Assembly (NCBI GenBank): GCA_045577495.1 | Contig: JAZNIK010000028.1 | Location: forward strand, 865-64,864 | Direction: 5' to 3' | DNA length: 64,000 nt | From: Acutalibacteraceae bacterium | GTDB lineage: Bacteria; Bacillota; Clostridia; Oscillospirales; Acutalibacteraceae | In this document: positions 46,086-55,807 of the stretch, one piece after another | Layout of the letters: every line of letters begins with the position of its first letter | How positions within the stretch are numbered: position 1 is the first letter of the stretch | Position numbers and translations under genes: made by a program | The notes under the pieces: generated by a model | Database searches by the model: none | What the model saw: the letters and a program-made list of their open reading frames with translations, nothing else | Told to the model about the DNA's origin: nothing

Positions 46086-47294
46086 ATGAAAGTATTAGTT
46101 GTAAACGCAGGTAGTTCATCACTTAAATATCAGCTTATTGATATGCAAAGTGAAACAATGATTGCTAAGGGTAATTGTGAGCGTATTGGTGGAGATGCAG
46201 TTTTAACACATAAGGCTGCAGACGGCAGAACAGTTGTTATTGAAGAAAAAATGCCTACCCATAGTGAAGCCTTAGATAACGTTATTTTAGCTTTAACAAA
46301 AAGCGAAGCGGCAGTTATCAGTTCTTTAGAAGAGATTTCTGCAGTTGGTCATCGCGTTGTTCAGGGCGGTTCTAAGTTCTGTCAATCCAGCATTATTACC
46401 GAAGAAGTTATTGCAGAGGTAGAAAAATTCAACCCTCTTGCACCGCTTCATAATCCTGCAAATATTCTTGGTATTCGCGCTTGTACAAAGGTGCTTGGCG
46501 AGGATATTCCTCAGGTTGCAGTATTTGATACTTCTTTCCATTCCGGTATGCCACAAAAGGCATATATGTATGGTGTTCCATATGAGTTTTATGAGAAATA
46601 CGGCATTCGTCGTTATGGCTTCCATGGTACTTCTCACCGTTTTGTAAGTCAGCGTGTTGCAGATTTGATGGGTAAGGATATTAAAGACCTTAAAATCATC
46701 ACCTGCCACCTTGGTAACGGCGCATCTATTGCGGCTGTTAACGGTGGTGTATCGGTAGATACAACAATGGGCTTTACTCCTCTTGATGGCTTTATTATGG
46801 GTACCCGTAGCGGTTCGTTAGACCCATCTGTTGTTACCTTTATTGCCGAAAAAGAGGGTATGTCATTTGCTGAGGTTGATAGTTTGCTCAATAAAAAATC
46901 AGGTGTTCTTGGCATTTCGGGTGTTTCTAACGATAACCGTGATGTTTGCGAGGCTGCGGCATCGGGTAACGAACGCGCTAAACTTGCTATTGAAATGCAA
47001 AACTATCAAATCATTAAATATATTGGTAGCTATGTTGCTGCTATGAACGGCGTTGACGCTATCGTATTTACAGGCGGTATCGGTGAAAATAACTACGATA
47101 TTCGTGAGAATGTTTGCGAGAGCCTTACCTACTTAGGTCTTGAAATTGATAAGGCATATAATAAAGAACACGCACACACCCGTGGCGGAGATATTAAAAT
47201 ATCTACCGACGCTTCAAAGGTTGCTGTTTTTGCAGTTTCTACCGATGAGGAAATGGTTATCGCACGCGATACAAAAGCTTTAATTTCTAAATAA
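46086..47294 (+). CDS. ackA: Acetate kinase
   Basis: MKVLVVNAGSSSLKYQL, HRVVQGG, and GFHGTSH. ATG 46086 lies 9 nt after GGAG; the track start is 46071. Confidence 0.93.
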   Translation: MKVLVVNAGSSSLKYQLIDMQSETMIAKGNCERIGGDAVLTHKAADGRTVVIEEKMPTHSEALDNVILALTKSEAAVISSLEEISAVGHRVVQGGSKFCQSSIITEEVIAEVEKFNPLAPLHNPANILGIRACTKVLGEDIPQVAVFDTSFHSGMPQKAYMYGVPYEFYEKYGIRRYGFHGTSHRFVSQRVADLMGKDIKDLKIITCHLGNGASIAAVNGGVSVDTTMGFTPLDGFIMGTRSGSLDPSVVTFIAEKEGMSFAEVDSLLNKKSGVLGISGVSNDNRDVCEAAASGNERAKLAIEMQNYQIIKYIGSYVAAMNGVDAIVFTGGIGENNYDIRENVCESLTYLGLEIDKAYNKEHAHTRGGDIKISTDASKVAVFAVSTDEEMVIARDTKALISK

Positions 47295-47319
47295 GTTTTG
47301 TCTGCCTTGGGGGATATAT

Positions 47320-48597
47320 ATGTCAGTTAAAGATATTTGTTCTATTATAAATAATGGTGGTTACGATAAAGATTTTGCTTTAATGTATCAATCTACCGAC
47401 CAACCGCGTAAGCGTTATTTAAATTCTGTTTTAGAGTTTGAAAAACTATATGGTGATGCTAATGAAATTAGATTATTTAGTGCGCCGGGAAGAACGGAGG
47501 TTGGCGGCAACCATACCGACCATCAACATGGCAGAGTTTTAGCGGGTAGCGTTGATTTAGACGTTATTGCAGTTGTTGCCAAAAATGATGATAATATTGT
47601 TCGTATTAAGTCTGAGGGCTATGATATGGACGTTATTGACCTAAATGAACTCGAACCGGTTGATAACGAAATTGGTCGAGCATCCGCTCTTATCCGCGGT
47701 ATGTGTGGCATCATTAAAAAACAAGGCTATAACATTGGCGGTTTTAACGCTTATACAACCTCTAATGTTTTAAAAGGCTCCGGTCTTTCTTCCTCGGCTG
47801 CATTTGAGGTTTTGGTTGGTGTTATTTTAAGCCACCTGTTTAATGATGGCAAAATCAACCCTGTTGATATAGCAAAATTTGCCCAAAAGGCAGAAAATAT
47901 TTATTTTGGTAAACCTTGCGGACTTATGGATCAGATGGCTAGTTCTGTTGGTGGCTTTACCGCCATTGATTTTAACAATCCAAATGAGCCTGTAATAGAA
48001 AAAATCGATTTTAATCTTTCGGAGCATAAGCATCGCCTTTGCATTGTTAATACAGGTGGTAATCACGCAGATTTAACAGATGATTATGCATCAATTACCA
48101 TAGAATGTAGCGAGATATCAAATGCTTTGGGTAAGAATTTCTTGCGCGAGGTTGGTGAAAACGATTTTTATTCTAAAGTCGGAGAACTTAGAAAGAACTT
48201 TGGCGATAGAGCCGTGCTTCGCGCAATACATTTCTTTGCAGATAACGCACGAGTAGTAAAAGAAAAGGAAGCATTACTTAATAATAAATTTGATGAATTT
48301 TTAAAAATCATCACTGATTCAGGCAATTCGTCGTTTAAATATTTGCAAAATGTTTTTTCGGTTTCTTCACCTAAAGAACAAGGCTTGTCTTTGGCTTTAG
48401 CCTTAACCGAGAGATTTTTAGCAGGTCGTGGTGGTTATAGAGTACACGGCGGTGGTTTTGCAGGTACTATTCAGGCATATATTCCTGATGATTTATTAGA
48501 AGAATATAAAAAACTTATTGAGTCGGTTTTTGGCGAGAGAAGTTGTTATGTTCTTAATATCCGCTCGGTTGGCGGTTATGCTTTAAGCGAAAAATAA
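47320..48597 (+). CDS. galK: Galactokinase (GHMP kinase family, long Clostridial type)
   Basis: SAPGRTEVGGNHTDHQ and the GHMP motif GSGLSSSAAFEV. galT lies in the same cluster. Confidence 0.8.
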   Translation: MSVKDICSIINNGGYDKDFALMYQSTDQPRKRYLNSVLEFEKLYGDANEIRLFSAPGRTEVGGNHTDHQHGRVLAGSVDLDVIAVVAKNDDNIVRIKSEGYDMDVIDLNELEPVDNEIGRASALIRGMCGIIKKQGYNIGGFNAYTTSNVLKGSGLSSSAAFEVLVGVILSHLFNDGKINPVDIAKFAQKAENIYFGKPCGLMDQMASSVGGFTAIDFNNPNEPVIEKIDFNLSEHKHRLCIVNTGGNHADLTDDYASITIECSEISNALGKNFLREVGENDFYSKVGELRKNFGDRAVLRAIHFFADNARVVKEKEALLNNKFDEFLKIITDSGNSSFKYLQNVFSVSSPKEQGLSLALALTERFLAGRGGYRVHGGGFAGTIQAYIPDDLLEEYKKLIESVFGERSCYVLNIRSVGGYALSEK

Positions 48598-48692
48598 GTA
48601 TATATAATCCGAAGTTATTTAATCGTATGGTTTGCGATTGCTCATGCTTCGGATTATATCTATTATTAGAAAGTTTTTTAGAAGGTTAAAAA

Positions 48693-49421
48693 ATGATTGG
48701 TTTAGGTACAATTATTAACGTTGTTGCAATCATTTTGGGTACACTTATTGGTGTTTTATTTCACAAATGCATACCTAAAAGATTAGAACAAACGGTCATT
48801 CACGGTATTGGTTTGTCGGTTTGCTTTATTGGTATTTCGGGCGTATTTTCCAAAATGCTCTTTTTACAAGAAGGTAATCTTGAAACAAAGGACACTATGC
48901 TTATGGTTGCTTCGCTTGTGTTTGGCGCGGTTATTGGAGAACTTATAAACATTGAAAAATGGCTAGAACTATTTGGCGATTTTTGCAAATCACGTCTAAC
49001 GTGTGGCAAAACAAATTCTCGTTTTACTGAAGGTTTTGTATCGTCTTCCTTGCTTTTTTGTGTCGGAGCTATGGCTATAGTAGGCTCTTTAGAAGATGGA
49101 CTTAGCGGAAATTCTTCTACCCTTTTTGCTAAATCCTTGATGGATGGCACAATGTCAATCTTTTTTGCATCAACTATGGGAATTGGTGTATGCTTTTCAA
49201 TAATTCCCGTTTTTGTTTATCAGGGTGGCATAACACTTCTAGCGGGGGTTATCGAGCCATATTTAAGCCAAACACTTATAAACCGAATTTCACTTGTTGG
49301 TTCTGTTTTAATTTTTGCTATAGGAATAAATTTGCTCGGCGAAAAAAGAATTAAAATAGGCAATCTTTTACCGGCTGTATTTGTTCCGGTACTTTACGAA
49401 ATTATTATTAACTTGATATAA
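48693..49421 (+). CDS. DUF554-family membrane protein (YdfK/YqgA-like)
   Basis: 242 aa, polytopic, beginning MIGLGTIINVVAIILGTLIG. The family call is from memory. Confidence 0.6.
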   Translation: MIGLGTIINVVAIILGTLIGVLFHKCIPKRLEQTVIHGIGLSVCFIGISGVFSKMLFLQEGNLETKDTMLMVASLVFGAVIGELINIEKWLELFGDFCKSRLTCGKTNSRFTEGFVSSSLLFCVGAMAIVGSLEDGLSGNSSTLFAKSLMDGTMSIFFASTMGIGVCFSIIPVFVYQGGITLLAGVIEPYLSQTLINRISLVGSVLIFAIGINLLGEKRIKIGNLLPAVFVPVLYEIIINLI

Positions 49422-49434
49422 ATGGGTGTGTAAA

Positions 49435-50814
49435 ATGATTAACAAATACTTATCAGAACTTTTAGATTATGCAGAGAACAACGGTTTGATTAAAGAGGTT
49501 GATAGGATATATGCTGTTAACCGCGTGTTAAATCTTATTGGTGCCGATTCGTTTGAATATGAAAAATATGATGCACATAAAAATATTGAGGAATTACTAG
49601 GCGATATTTTAGATTATGCGGTAGAGCAGGGTAAACTCGAAATTAATACAACAACCTATAGAGATATTCTTTCTGCTGATATTATGGATGTTTTTACACC
49701 AATCCCATCATCCTTGTATGATACTTTTTTCAGTAAATATAATGAATCACCCAAGGAAGCGACAGATTATTTTTATGCTCTTTCAAAAGCCAATAACTAC
49801 ATAATGACCGAAAGAATAAATAAAAATATCATTTGGAAAACCAAAACCGAAAAATATGGTGATATCGATTTAACAATTAACCTCTCAAAACCCGAGAAAG
49901 ACCCTAAGGAAATCACCTTGGCAAAGCTTTCTAAACAATCGGGATATCCAAAATGTCTGCTATGTAAAGAAAATATGGGCTTTGAGGGTACGGCAACCCA
50001 TCCGCCAAGAGCAAATCACAGAATTATACCTGTTAAGCTTGGTGAAGAACAATGGTATTTTCAGTATTCTCCCTATGGATATTTTAATGAGCATTGTATT
50101 TTGTTCCACGGCGAACACGAGCCAATGAAAATCACAAGACGTACCTTTGAAAGACTTATAACTTTTGTTGAGCAATATCCGCATTATTTTATGGGCTCAA
50201 ATGCGGGACTTCCGATAGTTGGTGGTTCAATTCTAACCCACGACCATTACCAAGGTGGTAATTATGAATTCCCGATGGCAAAGTGTGGCTTTAGATTTGA
50301 GACCACTTTTGAGGGATTCGAAGATATTAAAGCGGGTGTTGTTGATTGGGCGTTATCTACAATCCGTTTGATTGGCAAGGATAAGGATAGGGTTGTTGAA
50401 CTTGCTGATAGAATAAATAAAGCATGGCAAGAATTTACCGATGAGGAAAATGATGTTTATGCATATACCGATGCACCACATAACGCCATTACCCCTATTG
50501 CGAGAAAACGAAATGGTGTGTTTGAGTTTGATTTAATATTAAGAAATAATCGAACTAGTGATGAGCACCCTTATGGTATTTTCCACGCTCATGAGGAATA
50601 CCATCATATTAAAAAAGAAAATATCGGTCTTATCGAGGCAATGGGACTTGCAGTTTTGCCACCTAGATTAACCACACAGTTTGGTGAGCTAAATGATAGT
50701 ATTAAAGAGGATATTGGTAACGTGTTTGAAAAAATACTTGAAAATTGCGCGGTATTTAAGAATAATGATATCGGCAATAAGGGTATTTTGAAATTTATAA
50801 ATACTGTAAAATAA
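49435..50814 (+). CDS. galT: UDP-glucose--hexose-1-phosphate uridylyltransferase (type 2 GalT)
   Basis: About 460 aa with CLLCKEN, the HPPRANHRIIPV region, and HDHYQGG. ATG 49435 is preferred over the track GTG 49426. Confidence 0.8.
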   Translation: MINKYLSELLDYAENNGLIKEVDRIYAVNRVLNLIGADSFEYEKYDAHKNIEELLGDILDYAVEQGKLEINTTTYRDILSADIMDVFTPIPSSLYDTFFSKYNESPKEATDYFYALSKANNYIMTERINKNIIWKTKTEKYGDIDLTINLSKPEKDPKEITLAKLSKQSGYPKCLLCKENMGFEGTATHPPRANHRIIPVKLGEEQWYFQYSPYGYFNEHCILFHGEHEPMKITRRTFERLITFVEQYPHYFMGSNAGLPIVGGSILTHDHYQGGNYEFPMAKCGFRFETTFEGFEDIKAGVVDWALSTIRLIGKDKDRVVELADRINKAWQEFTDEENDVYAYTDAPHNAITPIARKRNGVFEFDLILRNNRTSDEHPYGIFHAHEEYHHIKKENIGLIEAMGLAVLPPRLTTQFGELNDSIKEDIGNVFEKILENCAVFKNNDIGNKGILKFINTVK

Positions 50815-50831
50815 TTAATAGGTGTATGGAA

Positions 50832-51956
50832 ATGGCAAATTATATTACATATTCATTTGAAACTCTAACAAACTTCTGTAATGATGTTTTTGAAAAATTT
50901 GGCTTTTCTAAAGAAGAAAGTAAAATTATTTCGGATGTTTTGTTGATGTCGGATTTATATGGCATTGAGTCACATGGTATGCAACGTCTTGCAAGATATC
51001 ATAAGGGTATCGAAAAAGGACTTATTAAGGTAGATGCAAAGCCTGAAATTGTTTTCGAAACACCCGTTTCTGCAGTTATTGAGGGTAATGATGGTATGGG
51101 TCAATTAGTTGGTCATTTTGCTATGCAGACCGCTATTGAAAAGGCATCAAAAACAGGTATGGCTGTAGTTTCTTGCCGTAACTCAAACCATTATGGTATT
51201 GCAGGTTATTATGCTAAAATGGCATCTGATAAAGGCTTTTTGGGTATGTCTATGACCAACTCAGAGGCTATTATGGTTCCAACCTTTGGTAGACTTGCTA
51301 TGCTTGGTAGTAACCCGATTGCTGTTGCTATGCCTGCCGAACCATATGATTTCTTCTTTGATGCATCAACAACCGTTGTTACTAGAGGTAAATTAGAAAT
51401 TTATAATAAGCTTTCAAAGCCTCTGCCTGAGGGTTGGGCTCTTGATGCTAGTGGCAAACCAAGTAGTGATGCAGAGGATGTTCTTAAAAATATTGTGGCT
51501 AAAAATGGTGGCGGTATAATGCCTCTTGGTGGTTCTACCGAACAACTCGGAAGCCATAAAGGTTATGGATATGGTATGTTCTGCGAAATATTCACTTCTA
51601 TTTTTTCTATGGGTCTTACTTCTAATCATACCCACACAGGTGGCAAGGGTGGCACATGTCATGGATTTATGGTAATCGACCCCAACGTGTTTGGAAATGC
51701 AAATGAAATCAAAGAGCACCTGTCAACCTTCCTTGAGGAACTTCGTAATTCACCTAAGAGTGAGGGACAGGATAGAATTTACACTCACGGCGAAAAAGAA
51801 ATTATCGCAAGTGCAGACCGCCTTAAAAATGGTGTTGCAGTTAATATCAATACTGTGTATGAGATGGCAGAAATGTGTAAATTTGTTGGTATAGATTATA
51901 AAAAATATCTTGGTGACGTTGATTTTAGTGAGACTAAATCTGGCTCATATCAATAA
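50832..51956 (+). CDS. Ldh_2 family NAD(P)H-dependent 2-oxoacid/hydroxyacid dehydrogenase
   Basis: YGIESHGMQRL, NSNHYGIAGYY, and HKGYGYG, typical of the malate/L-lactate dehydrogenase type-2 family. ATG 50832 lies 7 nt after AGGTG. Confidence 0.8.
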   Translation: MANYITYSFETLTNFCNDVFEKFGFSKEESKIISDVLLMSDLYGIESHGMQRLARYHKGIEKGLIKVDAKPEIVFETPVSAVIEGNDGMGQLVGHFAMQTAIEKASKTGMAVVSCRNSNHYGIAGYYAKMASDKGFLGMSMTNSEAIMVPTFGRLAMLGSNPIAVAMPAEPYDFFFDASTTVVTRGKLEIYNKLSKPLPEGWALDASGKPSSDAEDVLKNIVAKNGGGIMPLGGSTEQLGSHKGYGYGMFCEIFTSIFSMGLTSNHTHTGGKGGTCHGFMVIDPNVFGNANEIKEHLSTFLEELRNSPKSEGQDRIYTHGEKEIIASADRLKNGVAVNINTVYEMAEMCKFVGIDYKKYLGDVDFSETKSGSYQ

Positions 51957-52666
51957 TGCAGACAAACAATATGAAAATAAATACTCATACCCATTGTAAA
52001 CCGGTTAGTCTATGCGCTCATCACGAACCCGAGCTTTTACCACAAATGTTCAAAAACAAAGAGATTGATGCAATTGTTTTAACGAATCATTGCTATCCCA
52101 ACCATTGTGATAAATTAAGTGAGGATTTGAAAGAACAAGCAAAACTTTATGTTGATACTTTTCATCGCTGTAAAAAAGCGGGAGATATAATAGGTGTAAA
52201 AGTCTTTTTTGGGTGTGAACTAAAACTTATATATGAGCCAAATAAACCCGAGTTTTTGTTATACGGAATCTCTGAAGAAGATTTTATAAGTTCTTATCCG
52301 CTGTATAATATAACTCAAAAAGAGTTGTTTGATTTTTGTAATGAGCATAATATTTTAATGATTCAGGCGCATCCATTAAGAACAGAGCAAGGTTATACCC
52401 CTGCTGATATGAGCCTTGTTCACGGTGTTGAGATTTATAATCCGCATCCGCATTTTGACCCTAGAGTTAATGACTGTTTAAAATTAGCGGAGGATAATGG
52501 TTTGCTTAAAACTTCGGGTAGCGATTTTCATGTTGAATTTCAGGCCGATGTTGCGGGTATGATTGTTCCTGATGATATAAATGACCAGTTTATGCTACGT
52601 GATTATTTGCGTAAGGGTAAATGTGTTATTTATGATGAAAATGGTATTTTTTATAGTAATAAATAA
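51956..52666 (+). CDS. PHP-domain metal-dependent phosphoesterase (paralog 2)
   Basis: NTHTHC, TNH, QAHPLR, GVEIYN, and SGSDFH. The start overlaps the upstream stop (TAATG). Confidence 0.7.
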   Translation: MQTNNMKINTHTHCKPVSLCAHHEPELLPQMFKNKEIDAIVLTNHCYPNHCDKLSEDLKEQAKLYVDTFHRCKKAGDIIGVKVFFGCELKLIYEPNKPEFLLYGISEEDFISSYPLYNITQKELFDFCNEHNILMIQAHPLRTEQGYTPADMSLVHGVEIYNPHPHFDPRVNDCLKLAEDNGLLKTSGSDFHVEFQADVAGMIVPDDINDQFMLRDYLRKGKCVIYDENGIFYSNK

Positions 52667-52686
52667 TTTTTGGCAGATGATTTTAA

Positions 52687-53865
52687 ATGAATTATAATTT
52701 TTCAAAACCAATAGAAAATTTAAAGCCGTCGGCAATCAGAGAGATTTTAAAACGCTCTTCTGAGATAGGTATTATTCCTTTTTCTGCGGGTAATCCGTCG
52801 GTTGAGGCTTTTCCCTCTAAAGAGATTGCCGAGATTTCAGCAAAGCTTTTAGAAAATGAACCTAACCTTGCGCTTCAGTACTCGGTAACCGAGGGTTATC
52901 AACCGCTCAGAGACCTTATTTTAAAGTATATGAGGGATAAATATTCTGTTGGCGGTACAGATGATGATATTTTAATAACATCGGGCGCTCAACAGGTAAT
53001 GAGCCTTACTGCAAAGGTTTTTTGCGGCGCTGGGGATACTGTTATTTGTGAGGACCCTAGCTTTATTGGCTCACTGAATACATTTCGTTCTATGGGCTTA
53101 AATTTGGTGGGTGTACCTCTTGAAGAGGATGGCATAAATTTAACTGTACTTGAGGATGCCTTAAAAAGCAATAATAATGTGCGTTTTATTTATGTTATAC
53201 CAAACTTTCAAAACCCAAGCGGTGTAACAATGTCGCTTAAAAAACGAAAAGAAGTTTATAGACTTGCAAGGCAGTATGATGTATTAATTTTAGAGGATAA
53301 TCCATATGGTGAAATTCGCTTTAAGGGAGAAGATATACCCTCTATAAAATCCTTTGATACTGATGGTCGAGTTGTTTATGCGGGTTCTTTTTCTAAGGTG
53401 CTTTCACCAGGTATGAGATTAGGCTATGCTATTGCAAATAAAACGGTTATTTCTAAAATGACGGTTAGTAAGCAAACTGATGATGTGCATACATCAATGT
53501 GGTCACAACTTGTTGCATATCATTTTATGAAGGATTATGATTTTGAAGAACATTTGCAAAAAATAAGAGGAATATATCGCAAAAAAGCAGAGCTTTGTAT
53601 GTCTTTGGCAGATGAGTTTTTAAAACCAATGGTTGATTATATTAGTGTTGAGGGCGGTTTATTTTTGTGGTGTAAGTTGCCCGAAAATTTAGATATGCTA
53701 GATTTTTGTAATAAAGCTATTGAAAATAAAGTTGCAGTGGTTCCGGGAACCGCTTTCTCGGTTGATACAAACGCAAAAAGTGATAGATTTAGAATAAATT
53801 ATTCAACCCCAACAAACGAGCAAATTACCAATGGAATAAAGATTCTTAGTGGTTTATTAAAATAA
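52687..53865 (+). CDS. PLP-dependent aminotransferase, class I/II
   Basis: 392 aa. YVIPNFQNPSG, the SFSKVLSPGMRLGY segment (Lys for PLP), and the RINYS C-terminal motif. Confidence 0.82.
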   Translation: MNYNFSKPIENLKPSAIREILKRSSEIGIIPFSAGNPSVEAFPSKEIAEISAKLLENEPNLALQYSVTEGYQPLRDLILKYMRDKYSVGGTDDDILITSGAQQVMSLTAKVFCGAGDTVICEDPSFIGSLNTFRSMGLNLVGVPLEEDGINLTVLEDALKSNNNVRFIYVIPNFQNPSGVTMSLKKRKEVYRLARQYDVLILEDNPYGEIRFKGEDIPSIKSFDTDGRVVYAGSFSKVLSPGMRLGYAIANKTVISKMTVSKQTDDVHTSMWSQLVAYHFMKDYDFEEHLQKIRGIYRKKAELCMSLADEFLKPMVDYISVEGGLFLWCKLPENLDMLDFCNKAIENKVAVVPGTAFSVDTNAKSDRFRINYSTPTNEQITNGIKILSGLLK

Positions 53866-53880
53866 TTTCGGAGGCAAATT

Positions 53881-54882
53881 ATGTTAGAACAAGAAAACAA
53901 AAAAAGAGTTTTTAGTGCTATTCAACCTAGTGGCATGTTAACACTTGGTAATTATTTGGGTGCGCTTAAAAATTGGAAGGCTATGACCGAGGAGTTTGAA
54001 TGTATTTATTCGGTAGCTGATTTACATGCTATTACTGTAAGGCAAGACCCTGCCGCTTTTCGTAAGCAGATATATACAACCTGTGCTATTTTACTTGCAA
54101 TTGGCTTAGACCCCAAGGATGTAATTTTATTTACACAATCGCACGTTGCAGAGCATTCAAAGCTTTCTTGGCTTCTTAGCTGTTATACACAATTTGGTGA
54201 GCTTTCAAGAATGACACAGTTTAAGGATAAATCTGCAAAACACGCCGATAATGTTAACCTTGGTTTGTTTGGTTATCCAACACTTATGGCAGCAGATATT
54301 TTGCTTTATCAACCCGATTTTGTGCCTGTTGGTGCGGACCAGAAGCAACACTTAGAATTAACAAGGGATATTGCTACTCGCTTTAATCATATCTATGGTG
54401 ATGTGTTTAAAATTCCCGAGCCTTATATTGCAAAGGTGGGTGCTAGGGTAATGTCACTTCAAGACCCAACCTCTAAAATGTCTAAGTCGGATGAAAATGT
54501 AAATGCTTGGGTTGCCATTTTGGATAAACCTGAAGATATTATGCGAAAATTCAAAAAAGCCGTAACCGATAGCGAAAACAAGGTTTGTGTTGGCGAGGGT
54601 AGAGATGGCATAAACAATCTTATTGGTATTTATTCTGCAGTTACGGGTAAAACCTATGATGAGATTGCAAATGAATTTGTTGGTAAGGGTTATGGTCAGT
54701 TCAAAATGGCAGTAGGTGAGGCAGTTTGCGAAGAATTGCGACCTATAAGAGAGCGTTTTGATACCTTTATCTCGGATAAAAAGCAGTTAGAGGATATTTA
54801 CCACGAGGGTGCCGAGAAGGCAGAATATATTGCTCGTAGAACCGTATCAAAAGTTATGAAAAAGATAGGATTTGTTAAATAA
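53881..54882 (+). CDS. trpS: Tryptophan--tRNA ligase
   Basis: SAIQPSGMLTLGNYLGA, the HIGH-like region, GADQKQHLELTRD, and KMSKS. Confidence 0.93.
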   Translation: MLEQENKKRVFSAIQPSGMLTLGNYLGALKNWKAMTEEFECIYSVADLHAITVRQDPAAFRKQIYTTCAILLAIGLDPKDVILFTQSHVAEHSKLSWLLSCYTQFGELSRMTQFKDKSAKHADNVNLGLFGYPTLMAADILLYQPDFVPVGADQKQHLELTRDIATRFNHIYGDVFKIPEPYIAKVGARVMSLQDPTSKMSKSDENVNAWVAILDKPEDIMRKFKKAVTDSENKVCVGEGRDGINNLIGIYSAVTGKTYDEIANEFVGKGYGQFKMAVGEAVCEELRPIRERFDTFISDKKQLEDIYHEGAEKAEYIARRTVSKVMKKIGFVK

Positions 54883-54883
54883 A

Positions 54884-55807
54884 ATGGCAATGTCGCTTAT
54901 TGGTAACAAAAGAACCTGCAATTTAATCTCTTCTATGATAAAAAATCATAAAATCCCTCACGCTATGATAATTGAGGGGGAAGAGGGTCTTGGTAAAAAA
55001 ACTTTAGCAAAATATATTGCTAAGGCCTGTCTTTGTGTTGCCGATAATCGCCCTTGTTTATCCTGTAAAACCTGTCATTTAATAGATGTTGGTAGTCATC
55101 CCGACTATCAAGTTGTTTCGCCTGATGGTGCAAACATTAAGGTTGACCAAATAAGAGCACTTAGAAGTGAGGCATATTTTTCGCCGCTTTCGGCAGATGG
55201 GCGAGTTTTTGTTGTTGATATGGCTCATACTATGAACCAAAATGCTCAAAATGCTCTATTAAAGGTATTAGAAGAACCGCCGAAGGGTGTAACCTTTATT
55301 TTACTTGCCAAAAGCGCATCACTTCTTTTAGAAACAATTCGTTCGCGTAGTGTTATATTAACCCTTTCGCCTGTACCACTCGAGCAAGAAGCTTTTGAAC
55401 TTGTTTCGAGACTTGCCAATGTTTCTTTGAGTGAGGCAGAGGTGTTATTAACCGCAACCGATGGCAATATTGGTATAGCAGTTGATTCGGCGGGTGGTGA
55501 GGTTAAATCGTTATCATCAGTTGCTAATGAATTACTAACATTTGCTTCAGTTGGTGATAGATTTAAGATCATTTCACTTCTTCAGCCTTTTGTTAAGCAA
55601 CGTGATAAGGTTAAAGAGCTTATTGTTTGTTTAAAGGCTTCGCTTTCTAATGAGTTAAAGAAAAAAGCGGTAAAGGAATATTCTTCCTTTACCGTCGATA
55701 AGCTAAATTATTGTTATTCAGAACTTAATGATATTCAAAATTTGTTGGAATTTAATCCATCGTTGCCCTTGGTGTTTTGCAGAATTGCCGCAATCTTAAC
55801 GGCTTAA
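54884..55807 (+). CDS. holB: DNA polymerase III subunit delta-prime
   Basis: HAMIIEGEEGLGKKTLA, Cys cluster C-x2-C-x..C, and SRS (IRSRS). The start is uncertain: TTG 54872 in the track, ATG 54884 preferred. Confidence 0.8.
   Translation: MAMSLIGNKRTCNLISSMIKNHKIPHAMIIEGEEGLGKKTLAKYIAKACLCVADNRPCLSCKTCHLIDVGSHPDYQVVSPDGANIKVDQIRALRSEAYFSPLSADGRVFVVDMAHTMNQNAQNALLKVLEEPPKGVTFILLAKSASLLLETIRSRSVILTLSPVPLEQEAFELVSRLANVSLSEAEVLLTATDGNIGIAVDSAGGEVKSLSSVANELLTFASVGDRFKIISLLQPFVKQRDKVKELIVCLKASLSNELKKKAVKEYSSFTVDKLNYCYSELNDIQNLLEFNPSLPLVFCRIAAILTA

Noticed and set aside
53866-53880. A T-box leader upstream of trpS, or a T-box/riboswitch upstream of the COG2984-type ABC operon at 7661-7726
   Set aside because: The spacers are only 15 nt and about 65 nt. 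That is far too short for a T-box (about 200 nt or more), and I see no specifier or T-box sequence.
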